Assembly (NCBI RefSeq): GCF_902713615.1
Contig: NC_052146.1
Span: 309,954,335 to 310,018,334 of the forward strand
Direction of reading: 5' to 3'
Length of the DNA: 64,000 nucleotides
DNA from: Scyliorhinus canicula
Lineage: Eukaryota
Positions 1 through 12,059 of the stretch are shown here, piece by piece. Within the stretch, counting starts at the first letter, position 1. Every line of letters starts with the position of its first letter. The notes beneath the pieces were generated by a model. The model was not told the DNA's origin. It searched no databases and was given only the letters and a program-made list of their open reading frames with translations. The position numbers and the translations under genes are program-made.

Positions 1-662
1 TCCCGTTCTTGGTCTGCAACTCTCAGGTATTTAAAGTCGTCAGGGTCTAGTAAAGTCTGTATCACGTAGAGATCGTTGTGGTGGCACTTACAGTTCGATG
101 GCTGATGGCTCAACGGCTGGTGATGGAACTGGAGTCAGGATGCGATGTATCAGCAAAGCGAAGCCGGAGCGATGACAACAGCAGAGAGCCGGAGCCAAAA
201 CAGACTGAACCATGTGCGGGGTCTACTTTTTCGGTCCCGCAAAGTCTGTGCCCCTTCGGGGCGGTCTTTTACCTGCCATGTATCGATTGGGCCTTTTCCC
301 AATCGATATCTTCCAAACCCCCCAATCTGAGGGTCGCTTCTCGATGGGTGGGGCGGTACCTATGGTTCTTTGTGTTGGATACTATGGTGCCGTTCTGTCT
401 GGGCGTCTACTCAAAAGTATCCATTCATACTTAAATGTTTCTATTGTGTGGGGTCTGGATCTGGATCACCTCATTACTATGTAGATCTTGTTGCCATTTA
501 CACCTTTGGCTGATACTCTGCACCTGGCCACAAACTGGTTTCTGGATGTGCAGAATGCTAATTAGTTTTCTGCAAACTGCTTGTCCTTGCTAAGACTGTT
601 TTCTCCCTGCAGTCTTAGCAGTTCTCCATTTTGTAGCCCAGTGTCCATCTTAGGTGGCTACA
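1..662 (-). mobile_element. LTR (5' LTR or solo LTR, runs off the window edge) of a subfamily related to the 16933-26831 provirus
   Basis: The reverse complement begins TGTAGCCACCTAAGATGGAC, versus TGTAGCCACCTAAAATGGAC at 16933. Colinear shared blocks follow (GCTAAGACTGCAGGGA, CAGAAACCAGTTTG, CCCACACAATAGAAACATTT). It abuts CR1 sequence at 663, with no PPT. Confidence 0.8.
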
Positions 663-852
663 GCGGTAACTTGTCAAAGGCTTTCTGGAAATCTAAATAA
701 ATCACGTCCACTGGTTCTCCTTTGTCTAACTTCCTTGTTATCTCCTCAAAGAACTCTAGCAAATTTGTCAGACATGACCTCCCCTTGACGAAGCCGTGCT
801 GACTCAGTCCTATTTTACCATGCACTTCCAAATACTCCGTGATCTCATCTTT
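663..852 (-). pseudogene. Old CR1 LINE RT fragment; host of the nested insertions, continuing at 6594-6788 and 10801-11070
   Basis: ORF 658..927 encodes QHGFVKGRSCLTNLLEFFEE...VIYLDFQKAFDK. The sequence resumes directly after the L1 and after the young CR1. Confidence 0.85.
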
Positions 853-1162
853 TTTTTTTAAATAATTTTTATTGAAAGAATTTTTTACATGAAAATATTT
901 ACCCCTACTAACTATGAAATAATACAAAATATTCCCCCTTAATAATATCCCCCCCCATCCGTACTCTCACATATGAGTCGTCCCTCCCCCCCCCTCCCCC
1001 CCCCCCAAAAAAAAAAAAAAAACAACAATCAATATCAAACACGAACTGAGAACGAACTTACACGCATTTCAACAGTGAATAACCCAACACAATCGTTGTT
1101 GCCACCCCCCCCTCCCCCCTCTCCCCTCCCCACCGGGTTGCTGCTGCTGCTACCTCTGTACC

Positions 1163-4100
1163 CTATCTTCGAGCCAAAAAGTCGAGGAAAGGCTGCCACC
1201 GCCTGAAGAACCCTTGTACTGACCCTCTCAGGGCGAATTTGACCCTCTCTAACTGAATGAAGCTTGCCATGTCGTTAATCCAAGTTTCCACGCTTGGAGG
1301 CCTCGCGTCCTTCCACTGTATTAGTATCCTTCTTCGGGCAACTAGGGACGCAAAGGCCAGTACTCCGGCCTCTCTCGCCTCCTGCACCCCCGGCTCCACC
1401 CTCGCCACCCCCTTCCAGAACTCCTCCAGTGCCGGACATGCCCAAAACATATGGACATGGTTCGCTGGACTTCCCGAACACCTGACACACCTGTCCTCAC
1501 CCCCAAAGAACCGACTCATCCTTGTCCCCGTCATATGGGCTCTATGCAGCACCTTAAATTGGATGAGGCTAAGCCTCGCACACGAGGAGGAGGAATTGAC
1601 CCTTTCCAGGGCATCAGCCCATGTCCCATCCTCTATCTGTTCCCCCAGCTCCCCCTCCCACTTAGCTTTCAGCTCCTCTACTGATGCCTCCTCCGCCTCC
1701 TGCATTACTTTGTATATATCCGATATCCTCCCCCCTCCGACCCAGACCCCCGAGAGCACCCTATCACTCGCCCCCCTGTTGGGGAGCAAGGGAAATCCCT
1801 CCACCTGCCGTCTAGCAAATGCCTTCACCTGCAAATACCTAAACATGTTTCCCGGGGGGAGCCCAAATTTCTCCTCCAACTCTCTCAGGCTCGCAAACCT
1901 CCCATCCACAAACAGATCCTTCAGCCGCCTGATGCCCACTCTGTGCCAGCTCTGAAATCCCCCGTCAATGTTTCCCCTGTGTCGCCTCCACTGCCCCCAG
2001 ATCTTGAGGGTGGCCGCCACCACCGGGCTCGTGGTGTACCTCGTGGGAGGGAGCGGCCATGGCGCTGTCACCAGGGCCCCCAGGCTTGTGTTGCCACAGG
2101 ACGCCCTCTCCATTCGCTTCCAAGCTGCCCCCTCCCCTTCCATCATCCACTTGCGCACCATCGACACATTTGCCGCCCAGTAATACCCCGAAAAATTGGG
2201 TAATGCCAGCCCCCCACTATCTCTACTCCGCTCCAAAAAAACCCTCCTCACCCTTGGGGTGCCATGCGCCCACACATAGCTCATGATGCTACTCGTCACC
2301 TTTTTGAAGAAGGCCCGAGGGAGGAAGATGGGCAAGCACTGGAATAAAAACAAAAACCTCGGGAGAACCGTCATTTTGACGGACTGCACTCTGCCCGCCA
2401 GCGACAGCGGCACCATGTCCCACCTTTTAAATTCCTCCTCCATCTGCTCCACCAGCCTGGTGAAGTTCAGCTTGTGAAGAGTCCCCCAGCTCCTTGCCAC
2501 CTGCACCCCCAAGTATCTAAAACTCTTTCCCGCTCTCTTAAACGGGAGTCTCCCGATTCCCTCTTCCTGGTCCCCTGGGTGTACCACAAATACCTCACTC
2601 TTGCCCAAGTTTAGCTTGTACCCCGAGAAGTCCCCAAATTCTGCTAGCAGTTCCATCACCTCCGGCATTCCCCCTTCTGGATCTGCCACGTATAGCAGCA
2701 GGTCGTCCGCGTATAACGATACCCGGTGTTCCTCCCCGCCCCATACCAGCCCTCTCCACCCCCCTGAGCCCCTCAACGCCATAGCCAAAGGTTCAATTGC
2801 CAGTGCAAAGAGCAGGGGGGACAAGGGGCACCCCTGTCTGGTCCCACGGTGGAGCCCAAAATACTCCGATCTCCTACCGTTAGTCACTACACTTGCCGTC
2901 GGAGCCGAATAGAGCAGCTTCACCCATTTAATAAATCCCTCCCCAAATCCAAACCGTTCCAGCGTCTCCCACAGGTACCCCCACTCAACCCTGTCAAATG
3001 CTTTCTCCGCGTCCAGCGCCACCACTATCTTCACCTCACCCTCCACTGCCGGCATCATAATGACGTTTAGCAGCCTCCGCACGTTCGAATTGAGCTGCCG
3101 CCCTTTCACGAAACCTGTCTGGTCCTCGTGTATCACCCCTGGCACACAGTCCTCTATCCTAGTAGCCAGGATCTTTGCCAGCAACTTGGCGTCCACATTC
3201 AGGAGCGAGATAGGCCTATAGGACCCACACTGCACGGGGTCTTTGTCCCGCTTCAGGATCAGAGAGATCAGTGCCTGCGACATTGTCGGGGGCAAAGCCC
3301 CCCCCTCCCATGCCTCGTTGAAGGTTCGTACCAGCACAGGGCCCACCAGGTCCGCATATTTTTTGTAGAATTCCACCGGGAACCCATCTGGCCCCGGCGC
3401 CTTCCCCGTCTGCATATGCCCAATCCCCTTGACTAGCTCCTCCAACTCTATCGGCGCCCCCAGCCCCTCTACCAGCTCCTCTTGGACCCTTGGGAAACAC
3501 AATTTGTTCAAGAAGCCCTCCATCCCCCCTCCCCTCGTCGGAGGCTCTGACCGATACAGCTCCTTATAGAAGTCCCTAAAGACCCCATTTACTTCAGGCC
3601 CTTTCTGCACTACATTCCCACCCCTCTCCCTCACTCCCCCAATTTCTCTAGCCGCATCCCGCTTGCGGAGCTGATGCGCCAACATCCTGCTCGCCTTCTC
3701 CCCATACTCATAAATCGCGCCCTGCGCCCTTCTCCACTGTGTCTCTGCCTTTCTGGTGGTCAACAGGTCGAATTTAGCCTGCAAACTGCGCCGTTCCCCC
3801 AACAGCCCCTCCTCCGGTGCCTCCGCATACCTCCTATCCACGTCCAGAAGCTCCCCCACCAGTCTCTCCCTCTCCTGTCTCTCCCTCCTTTCCCTATGGG
3901 CCTGTATGGAGATCAGCTCCCCCCGGATCACCGCTTTCAGGGCCTCCCAGACCATCCCCACCTGTACCTCCCCCGTGTCATTAGTATCCAGATATCTTTC
4001 AATGCTTTTCCGGACCCTCTTGCACACCTCCTCATCCGCCAGCAACCCCACATCCAGGCGCCACAGCGGACGCTGGTCTCGCGCCTCCCCCATTTCCAAA

Positions 4101-4834
4101 TCTACCCAGTGTGGCGCATGGTCTGAGACCGCTATGGCCGAGTACTCCACTTCCCATACTTTCGGAATCAGTCCCCTGCTCAGTACAAAAAAGTCAATTC
4201 TAGAATAGACTCTGTGGACATGGGAGAAAAAGGAATACTCCCTCGCCCTCGGCCTCCCGAACCTCCAGGGATCTACCCCTCCCATCTGATCCATAAACCC
4301 CTTTAGCACTTCTGCCGCTGCCGGCCTCCTACCCGTCCTTGAACTAGACCTGTCCAGCACGGGGTCCAGCACTGTGTTGAAGTCCCCCCCCATGATCAAG
4401 CCCCCTGCCTCCAGATCCGGAATGAGGCCCAGCAGGCGCCTCATGAAGCCAGCGTCGTCCCAATTCGGGGCATACACATTAACCATCACCACTTTCTCCC
4501 CCTGCAGCCTCCCCTTCACCATGACATATCTACCCTCTTTATCCGCCACCACCTCCGCCGCCACGAACGTCACCCTCTTCCCCACCAGGATCGTCACCCC
4601 CCGGTTCTTTGCGTCCAGCCCTGAGTGGAACACCTGTCCCACCCACCCCCTTCTCAGGCGGACCTGGTCCGCCACCTTCAAATGGGTCTCTTGGAGCATT
4701 GCTACGTCCGCCTTCAGTCCCTTCAAGTGCGAGATTACTCTCGTTCTTTTGACCGGCCCGTTCAGCCCCCTCACATTCCAAGTGATCAGCCGGGTCAAAG
4801 GGCAGCCCGCCCCTCTCCCCTGCCGACTAGCCAT
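1163..4834 (-). CDS. L1 ORF2: APE endonuclease, reverse transcriptase and C-terminal Cys/His domain (1223 aa)
   Basis: Motifs TWNVRGL, LQETH, GGDFN, SRIDFF, SDH (APE); PGPDG, YRPISLLNVDAK, GTRQGCPLSP, YADD (RT); CVRC...HMFWAC. The frame is uninterrupted. Confidence 0.92.
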   Translation of the reverse strand: MASRQGRGAGCPLTRLITWNVRGLNGPVKRTRVISHLKGLKADVAMLQETHLKVADQVRLRRGWVGQVFHSGLDAKNRGVTILVGKRVTFVAAEVVADKEGRYVMVKGRLQGEKVVMVNVYAPNWDDAGFMRRLLGLIPDLEAGGLIMGGDFNTVLDPVLDRSSSRTGRRPAAAEVLKGFMDQMGGVDPWRFGRPRAREYSFFSHVHRVYSRIDFFVLSRGLIPKVWEVEYSAIAVSDHAPHWVDLEMGEARDQRPLWRLDVGLLADEEVCKRVRKSIERYLDTNDTGEVQVGMVWEALKAVIRGELISIQAHRERRERQERERLVGELLDVDRRYAEAPEEGLLGERRSLQAKFDLLTTRKAETQWRRAQGAIYEYGEKASRMLAHQLRKRDAAREIGGVRERGGNVVQKGPEVNGVFRDFYKELYRSEPPTRGGGMEGFLNKLCFPRVQEELVEGLGAPIELEELVKGIGHMQTGKAPGPDGFPVEFYKKYADLVGPVLVRTFNEAWEGGALPPTMSQALISLILKRDKDPVQCGSYRPISLLNVDAKLLAKILATRIEDCVPGVIHEDQTGFVKGRQLNSNVRRLLNVIMMPAVEGEVKIVVALDAEKAFDRVEWGYLWETLERFGFGEGFIKWVKLLYSAPTASVVTNGRRSEYFGLHRGTRQGCPLSPLLFALAIEPLAMALRGSGGWRGLVWGGEEHRVSLYADDLLLYVADPEGGMPEVMELLAEFGDFSGYKLNLGKSEVFVVHPGDQEEGIGRLPFKRAGKSFRYLGVQVARSWGTLHKLNFTRLVEQMEEEFKRWDMVPLSLAGRVQSVKMTVLPRFLFLFQCLPIFLPRAFFKKVTSSIMSYVWAHGTPRVRRVFLERSRDSGGLALPNFSGYYWAANVSMVRKWMMEGEGAAWKRMERASCGNTSLGALVTAPWPLPPTRYTTSPVVAATLKIWGQWRRHRGNIDGGFQSWHRVGIRRLKDLFVDGRFASLRELEEKFGLPPGNMFRYLQVKAFARRQVEGFPLLPNRGASDRVLSGVWVGGGRISDIYKVMQEAEEASVEELKAKWEGELGEQIEDGTWADALERVNSSSSCARLSLIQFKVLHRAHMTGTRMSRFFGGEDRCVRCSGSPANHVHMFWACPALEEFWKGVARVEPGVQEAREAGVLAFASLVARRRILIQWKDARPPSVETWINDMASFIQLERVKFALRGSVQGFFRRWQPFLDFLARR

Positions 4835-5594
4835 ACCCTGTCACCTGCTCGCCCCGAGTCAGCTCTCCCCGTCTGACCCGCTCCCCATGGCGATAGCGCC
4901 TCCCCTCCACCCCTCCGGCCCTCACCTTCTTCTCCCTGGCCTTTTCAGCAGCAACCCGGTAACCCCCCCCTTCCCCCCTCCCCCTTCCCCCCCCCCTCCC
5001 CCCCCCCCCCCCCCCCAGGCTAGGACCCTTCCTAGCCGCGATGCACCCTCCATAGTACTTCCGTGAGTCAGCTGATTTGCGCTGACCCAGTTGCCCCTGC
5101 CACAGCCCAACTCCTCCCAGCATGGGGGACATCCCCCCCCTTACCACCCCTCCTTGACCCCGCTCCGGCGCGGGAAAGGGAGCCATTGCAGGCCACGCCC
5201 CTTCCTCCCACCCTCCCCCCTCCTCTGCCCCGCGCGCGGGAAACCAGAGGAAAGCCCGCGCTTTCGCCCTGCCACACCCCGTCCCTCCACCGCAGCTCTT
5301 CAAACTTCAGTTCCACCCCCGTCCCCGATCCCATACTGAAAAAAAACCCCACAAGAAACACATACCCCCGGCACTCCCCCCCCTACCCCGCCCCCCCCCC
5401 CTTCCCAGCCACCAATCCCACCCGTGTACATAGCAAACCGAAACATAACATTAAAAATAACAGAGAAAAAGAAAAAACTGGAAGAGAGAAAAAAGGGTCC
5501 AGAAAATACAACCAAAAAAAAATACAACCAAAAGAAAGCCTCGTGTCCAACTTAAAGTACCAAAGCGGCAACGGCCGCAAAGTGTCCCCTGGTT

Positions 5595-6440
5595 CTAGTT
5601 CGAGTCCAGCTTTTCTTCCTGGACAAAGGCCCACGCCTCCTCCGGGGACTCGAAGTAATGGTGCTGGTCCTTATAGGTCACCCACAAGCGCGCTGGCTGC
5701 AGCATCCCGAATCTGATCCTCTTGGCATGCAGCACCGCCTTCGTCCGGTTGAACCGGGCCCGCCGCTTTGCCACCTCCGCACTCCAGTCCTGATAAATCC
5801 TCACCGTCGAGTTCTCCCACTTGCTGCTCCTCTCTCTCTTGGCCCACCTCAACACCCTCCCCCGATCACTGAGTCGCTGGAACCGAACCAGCACCGCCCT
5901 CGGGGGTTCGTTTGCTCTTGGCTTCCTGGCCATTACTCTGTAGGCCTCCTCCAGTTCCAGGGGCGAAGGGACGGCCCCTGCCCCCATCAGTGAGCTCAGC
6001 ATTTCTGCCACATACCCCGGGAGATCCGACCCCTCCAGCCCTTCTGCCAGGCCCAGGATCCTCAGGTTTTTCCGCCTCATGCGGGTATCCAGCTCCTCCA
6101 GCCGGTTTTGCCATTTTTGGTGGAGTCCCTCGTGCACCTCCACCTTTCCCACGAGGACCGTGGCCTCCTCCTCCCTCACAGCCATCTCCTGCTGCAGCTC
6201 CCGAATTGACGCCTCTTGGGTCGCCTGGGCTCCCATCAGCCTGGTGGTCGTCGCATTCATCGACTCCAACAGCTCCTCTTTCAGCTCCGTGAAGTAGCGC
6301 AGAAGAGCGGCCTGCTGTTCCTCCGCCCATTTCCTCCAGTCCTCGGGTGCGCCGCCGGCCGCCATTTTGGTTTTCTTCCCCCGCTTTTTTCGGGGAGCTG
6401 CTGCCGCTTTTTTTCCTGCCCCACTTCGGGTGTTGACCAT
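5595..6440 (-). CDS. L1 ORF1 (coiled coil plus RRM/CTD RNA-binding protein, 281 aa)
   Basis: A heptad-rich N-terminal half, then RRKNLRILGLAEGLEG, PRAVLVRF, VRIYQD and PARLWVTY, typical of L1 ORF1p. It lies upstream of ORF2 on the same strand. Confidence 0.9.
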   Translation of the reverse strand: MVNTRSGAGKKAAAAPRKKRGKKTKMAAGGAPEDWRKWAEEQQAALLRYFTELKEELLESMNATTTRLMGAQATQEASIRELQQEMAVREEEATVLVGKVEVHEGLHQKWQNRLEELDTRMRRKNLRILGLAEGLEGSDLPGYVAEMLSSLMGAGAVPSPLELEEAYRVMARKPRANEPPRAVLVRFQRLSDRGRVLRWAKRERSSKWENSTVRIYQDWSAEVAKRRARFNRTKAVLHAKRIRFGMLQPARLWVTYKDQHHYFESPEEAWAFVQEEKLDSN

Positions 6441-6900
6441 AAGTTATGTGGGGTTCTCCTCCAGGAACCTTCCCCCACCGGGAATCGTCGTTTCAGCGCC
6501 GTTAGGGGCCCTCCAATCGGCCCGAAAATGCCTTCGTCGCAGGAGCAGCCAAACGTGCGACTTAACTGCTAATAGCCGCAACCGGAAGTCTTCCCGTGAT
6601 CTCATCTTTAATAATGGACTCTAAAATCTTACCAATGACCAAAGTCAAGCTGTCAGCCTATAAATTCCCGTCTTCTGCCTCCCTCCCTTATTAAACAGCG
6701 GTGTTACATTAGCCACTTTCCAGTTCACTGGGGCCCTCCCTGCCTCCAGTGATTCCTGAAAGATCATCAGCAATGCCTCTACAATCTGAGTGAGTGCCTT
6801 TAAATTTGCTTACCTTTCAGCGGGAGCTGGGTTTGAGGTAATATCAGGTAAGCTCTTCATTTCTTTTTCTTTTTCTTGTGTTTCTTTAAATCTAGAGGTG

Positions 6901-7689
6901 ATGTCAGGGAAGGCAGTACAATGCTCCTCCTGCAGAATGTTTGAGGTGAGGGACGCCGTCAGTGTCCCTGCTGATTTCACCTGTGGGAAGTGCACCCAAC
7001 TCCAGCTCCTCAAAAACCGTGTTAGGGACCTGGAGCTTGAGCTGGATGAACTTCGGATCATTCGGGAGGCAGAGGGGGTCATAGATAGGAGCTTCAGGGA
7101 AGTAGTTACACCAAAGACTGGAGATAGATGGGGAACTGTAAGAGGGACTGCGAAGAAGCAGTCAGTGCAGGGACCCCCTGCGGTCGTTCCCCTGAGTAAT
7201 AAGTATACCGTTTTGGATACTTGTGGGGGGGGGGGACTTACCGGGGTAAGCCATGGGGTCCGGGCCTCTGGCACGGAGTCTGTCCCTGTTGCTCAGAAGG
7301 GGAGGGGGGAAAGGAGTAGAACATTAGTAATTGGGGACTCAATAGTCAGGGGCACAGATAGGAGATTTTGTGGGAGCGAGAGAGACTCACGTTTGGTATG
7401 TTGCCTCCCAGGTGCAAGGGTACGTGATGTCTCAGATCGTGTTTTCCGGGTCCTTAAGGGGGAGGGGGAGCAGCCCCAAGTCGTAGTCCACATTGGCACT
7501 AACGACATAGGTAGAAAAGGGGACAAGGATGTCAGGCAGGCCTTTAGGGAGCTAGGATGGAAGCTCAGAGCGAGAACAAACAGAGTTGTTATCTCTGGGT
7601 TGTTGCCCGTGCCACGTGATAGTGAGATGAGGAATAGGGAGAGAGAGCAATTAAACACGTGGCTACAGGGATGGTGCAGGCGGGAGTGA
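6901..7689 (+). pseudogene. CR1 ORF1 (Cys-rich finger plus SGNH esterase), premature TGA at 7687
   Basis: Motifs QCSSCRM...CGKC, IGDSIVRG and VHIGTNDIG. The homologous frame continues after the stop to ~7827. Confidence 0.85.
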
Positions 7690-7808
7690 TTCAGATTTCT
7701 GGATAACTGGGGCTCTTTCTGGGGAAGGTGGGACCTCTATAGACAGGATGGTCTACATCTGAACCTGAGGGGCACCAATATCCTGGGGGGGAGATTTGTT
7801 AGTGCTCT

Positions 7809-10712
7809 TTGGGGGGGTTTAAACTAATTCAGCAGGGGCATGGGAACCTGGATTGTAATTTTGGGGTACGGGAGATTGAGAGTATAGAGGTCAGGAGCAC
7901 AGATTTGACTTCGCAGGAGGGTGCCAGTGTTCAGGTAGGTGGTTTGAAGTGTGTCTACTTCAATGCCAGGAGTATACGAAATAAGGTAGGGGAACTGGCA
8001 GCATGGGTTGGTACCTGGGACTTTGATGTTGTGGCCATTTCAGAGACATGGATAGAGCAGGGACAGGAATGGTTGTTGCAGGTTCCGGGGTTTAGGTGTT
8101 TTAGTAAGCTCAGAGAAGGGGGCAAAAGAGGGGGAGGTGTGGCGCTGCTAGTCAAAGACAGTATTACGGTGGCGGAAAACATGCTAGATGGGGACTCTTC
8201 TTCCGAAGTAGTATGGGCTGAGGTTAGAAACAGGAAAGGAGAGGTCACCCTGTTGGGAGTTTTCTATAGGCCACCTAATAGTTCTAAGGATGTAGAGGAA
8301 AGGATGGCGAAGATGATTCTGGAAAAGAGCGAAAGTAACAGGGTAGTTGTTATGGGAGACTTTAACTTTCCAAATATTGACTGGAAAAGATATAGTTCGA
8401 GTACATGAGGTGGGTCGTTCTTTGTACAATGTGTGCAGGAGGGTTTCCTGACACAATATGTTGACAGGCCAACAAGAGGCGAGGCCACATTGGATTTTAT
8501 TTTGGGTAATGAACCAGGCCAGGTGTTCGATCTGGAGGTAGGTGAGCACTTTGGAGACAGTGACCACAATTCGGTGACCTTTATGTTAGTGATGGAAAGG
8601 GATAAGTATACCCCGCAGGGCAAGAGTTATAGCTGGGGGAAGGGCAATTATGATGCCATTAGACATGACTTAGGATGTGTAGGTTGGAGAAGTAGGTTGC
8701 AAGGGTTGGGCACACTGGATATGTGGAGCTTGTTCAAGGAACAGCTATTGCATGTTCTTGATAAGTACGTACCAGTCAGGCAGGGAGGAAGGGGTCGAGC
8801 GAGGGAACCGTGGTTTACCAAAGAAGTGGAATCTCTTGTTAAGAGGAAGAAGGAGGCCTATGTGAAGATGAGGCGTGAAGTTTCAGTTGGGGCGCTTGAT
8901 AGTTACAAGGAAGCGAGGAAGGATCTAAAGAGAGAGCTGAGACGAGCAAGGAGGGGACATGAGAAGTCTTTGGCAGGTAGGATCAAGGAAAAACCAAAAG
9001 CTTTCTATAGGTATGTCAGGAATAAAAGAATGACTAGGGTAAGAGTAGGGCCAGTCAAGGACAGTGGTGGGAAGTTGTGTGTGGAGGCTGAGGAGATAAG
9101 CGAGATACTAAATGAATACTTTTCGTCAGTATTCATTCAAGAAAAAGATAATATTGTGGAGGAGAATGCTGAGACCCAGGCTATTAGAATAGATGGCATT
9201 GAGATGCGTAGGGAAGAAGTGTTGGCAATTCTGGACAAGGTGAAAATAGATAAGTCTCCGGGGCCTGACGGGATTTATCCTAGGATTCTCTGGGAAGCCA
9301 GGGAAGAGATTGCTGAGCCTTTGGCTTTGATTTTTAGGTCAACATTGGCTACAGGAATAGTGCCAGAGGACTGGAGGATAGAAAATGTGGTCCCTTTGTT
9401 CAAGAGGGGCAGTAGAGATAACCCCGGTAACTATAGGCCGGTGAGCCTAACGTCTGTGGTGGGTAAAATCTTGGAGAGGATTATAAAAGATATGATTTAT
9501 AATCATCTAGATAGGAATAATATGATTAGGGATAGTCAGCATGGTTTTGTGAAGGGTAGGTCATGCCTCACAAACCTTATCGAGTTCTTTGAGAAGGTGA
9601 CTGAACAGGTAGACGAGGGTAGAGCAGTTGATGTGGTGTATATGGATTTCAGTAAAGCGTTTGATAAGGTTCCCCACGGTCGGCTATTGCAGAAAATACG
9701 GAGGCTGGGGATTGAGGGTGATTTAGAGATGTGGATCAGAAATTGGCTAGTTGAAAGAAGACAGAGAGTGGTAGTTGATGGGAAATGTTCAGAATGGAGT
9801 TCAGTTACGAGTGGCGTACCACAAGGATCTGATCTGGGGCCGTTGCTGTTTGTCATTTTTATAAATGACCTAGAGGAGGGCGCAGAAGGATGGGTGAGTA
9901 AATTTGCAGACGACACTAAAGTCGATGGAGTTGTAGACAGTTCGGAAGGATGTTGCAGGTTACAGAGGGACATAGATAAGTTGCAGAGCTGGGCTGAGAG
10001 GTGGCAAATGGAGTTTAATGTGGAGAAGTGTGAGGTGATTCACTTTGGAAAGAATAACAGGAATGCGGAATATTTGGCTAATGGTAAAATTCTTGGTAGT
10101 GTGGATGAGCAGAGGGATCTCGGTGTCCATGTACATAGATCCCTGAAAGTTGCCACCCAGGTTGATAGGGTTGTGAAGAAGGCCTATGGTGTGTTGGCCT
10201 TTATTGGTAGAGGGATTGAGTTCCGGAGCCATGAGGTCATGTTGCAGTTGTACAAAACTCTAGTACGGCCGCATTTGGAGTATTGCGTACAGTTCTGGTC
10301 GCCTCATTATAGGAAGGACGTGGAAGCTTTGGAACGGGTGCAGAGGAGATTTACCAGGATGTTGCCTGGTATGGAGGGAAAATCTTATGAGGAAAGGCTG
10401 ATGGACTTGAGGTTGTTTTCGTTAGAGAGAAGAAGGTTAAGTGGTGACTTAATAGAGGCATACAAAATGATCAGAGGGTTAGATAGGGTGGACAGCAAGA
10501 GCCTTCTCCCACGGATGGAGGTGGCTAGCACGAGGGGACATAGCCTTAAATTGAGGGGTAATAGATATAGGACAGAGGTCAGAGGTGGGTTTTTTACGCA
10601 AAGAGTGGTGAGGCCGTGGAATGCCCTACCTGCAACAGTAGTGAACTCACCAACATTGAGGGCATTTAAAAGATTATTGGATAAGCATATGGATGATAAG
10701 GGCATAGTGTAG
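7809..10712 (+). pseudogene. CR1 ORF2 (APE plus RT), split by an in-frame TGA at 8406-8408
   Basis: ORFs 7809..8408 and 8433..10712 are in the same frame. Motifs YFNARSIRNK, ISETW, GDFNFP, SDH, PGPDG, PQGS(D)LGP and FADDTK are present. Confidence 0.9.
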
Positions 10713-12059
10713 GTTAGATGGCCTTTAGTTTTTTTTCCATGTCGGTGCAACATCGAGGGCCGAAGGGCCTGTACTGCGCTGTATCGTTCTATGTTCTATG
10801 TAATCTCCTCAGTTATCTCTTTTAGAATCCTGGGGTGCGGTCAATCCGGTGCAGGTGATATATTGACCTTCAGACCTTTCAGTTTCCCCAGAACCTTCTC
10901 CTTAGCGATGGCCACGACACTCACCTCTGTCCCCTGATTCTCCTGGAGCTCTGGCTTCCCACTGCTGTCTCCCACCATGAAATCTGAAGCAAAGTAACTA
11001 TTCAGTTCCTCTGCCATTTCTTTGTTTCCTATTATTACTTCTTCAGCCTCATTTTTCAGTGGTCCAATCCCTTTCCATCTATCTGCAAAACTAATTTATC
11101 CATTTGTTCAAGTGATCTGCACGTTCAGGTATAAAACCTTAAGGTTAGTCCTTTCAACGTTCCTTGTTCCATCCCTGCACTATTTTAAAGCATCATTATC
11201 AAATAAAGGTTCTTGATTTCTCTGCCTATCACTTTTCTTATTTTCCTTTCTGTCCCATCTTCAGAGGTGTGATGGTCTGCTCTCTGAGGGAGTGTGTGGA
11301 GGTCTGAGCAGCGTTGTACCTCTCCTCAGCTCCAGTCTGAGGCTGATGCACCAGAGTCTTCAGCCAATGTTAAAGTGGGCAGCCCTGAACCCCCAGCAAC
11401 CATCGCAGCAGATGTTGTGGATCCAGTTGCTGTGGTGATGGACATTCCCACCCTGCCCCATCCACTCCTCTCCACCCACTCTTGCACAAACCTCCTTCCT
11501 CATTGCCCCCCTTGTCTTCCTCAGCAACCCCCTCACCACGTACCACACCTCCGGGGGAACGTAGAACAATTGGAGTGGAGGGTCCATGGGTCCCACAGCA
11601 CATTCTGCCCATAAAGACCAGCTCTGCTTGGAGCTGAAGGGCACAAACTAGTGGCCTCAGCAGAGAGGTGCTGAGTGTAACAGGAGTGACGCAGCGCTAT
11701 GGGAGGCAGGATCTGTGTGTTACTCACCTCAACATCTCGAGGGAACTGAGGTCCATCTCGTTCATGTCTCTCTTTGTCAATCGGGTTTGAGGCCGACATA
11801 ATTTCCCGTTGGCGTGATGGACGATAGGAAGGCCTGATGGGATATTGACGAGCTGCTGTTAAATTGAGTATTCATGAGATGCAAATGAATGCGAATTGCA
11901 ATCACACCACCAGGCAGCAGGATAACTTAGCCGCCATTAATCCACCTTTAGGAGAATTACAAACTTTTTTAGACCCGTGGGTTTCTGGCTTTTCCTCTCC
12001 TGCTGGATTCTCTGCTCCCTCCTTTCAACAAACTCTCCACAGTTGGGATGGGAGAGGGA

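Larger units (their letters stand above)
853..6593 (-). mobile_element. Full-length L1-clade non-LTR retrotransposon
   Basis: It has ORF1 and ORF2, a poly(A) remnant (T-run at ~850-859), and a 16-bp TSD CCGTGATCTCATCTTT at 837-852 and 6594-6609. The target reads TCTTT/AA, similar to the L1 endonuclease site. Confidence 0.93.
6789..10800 (+). mobile_element. Near-complete CR1 (HER1-like) LINE with nonsense mutations
   Basis: ORF1 and ORF2 are both present, and the 3' end has (CTATGTT)n. A probable short TSD AATCT lies at 6784-6788 and 10802-10806. It interrupts an older CR1. Confidence 0.9.

Noticed and set aside
1257-6572. Many plus-strand ORFs overlapping the L1
   Set aside because: They are antisense shadows of GC-rich L1 ORFs with no recognisable domains.
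11270-11940. GC-rich segment possibly from a Harbinger element
   Set aside because: No diagnostic motif could be read in any frame, so it is left unassigned.
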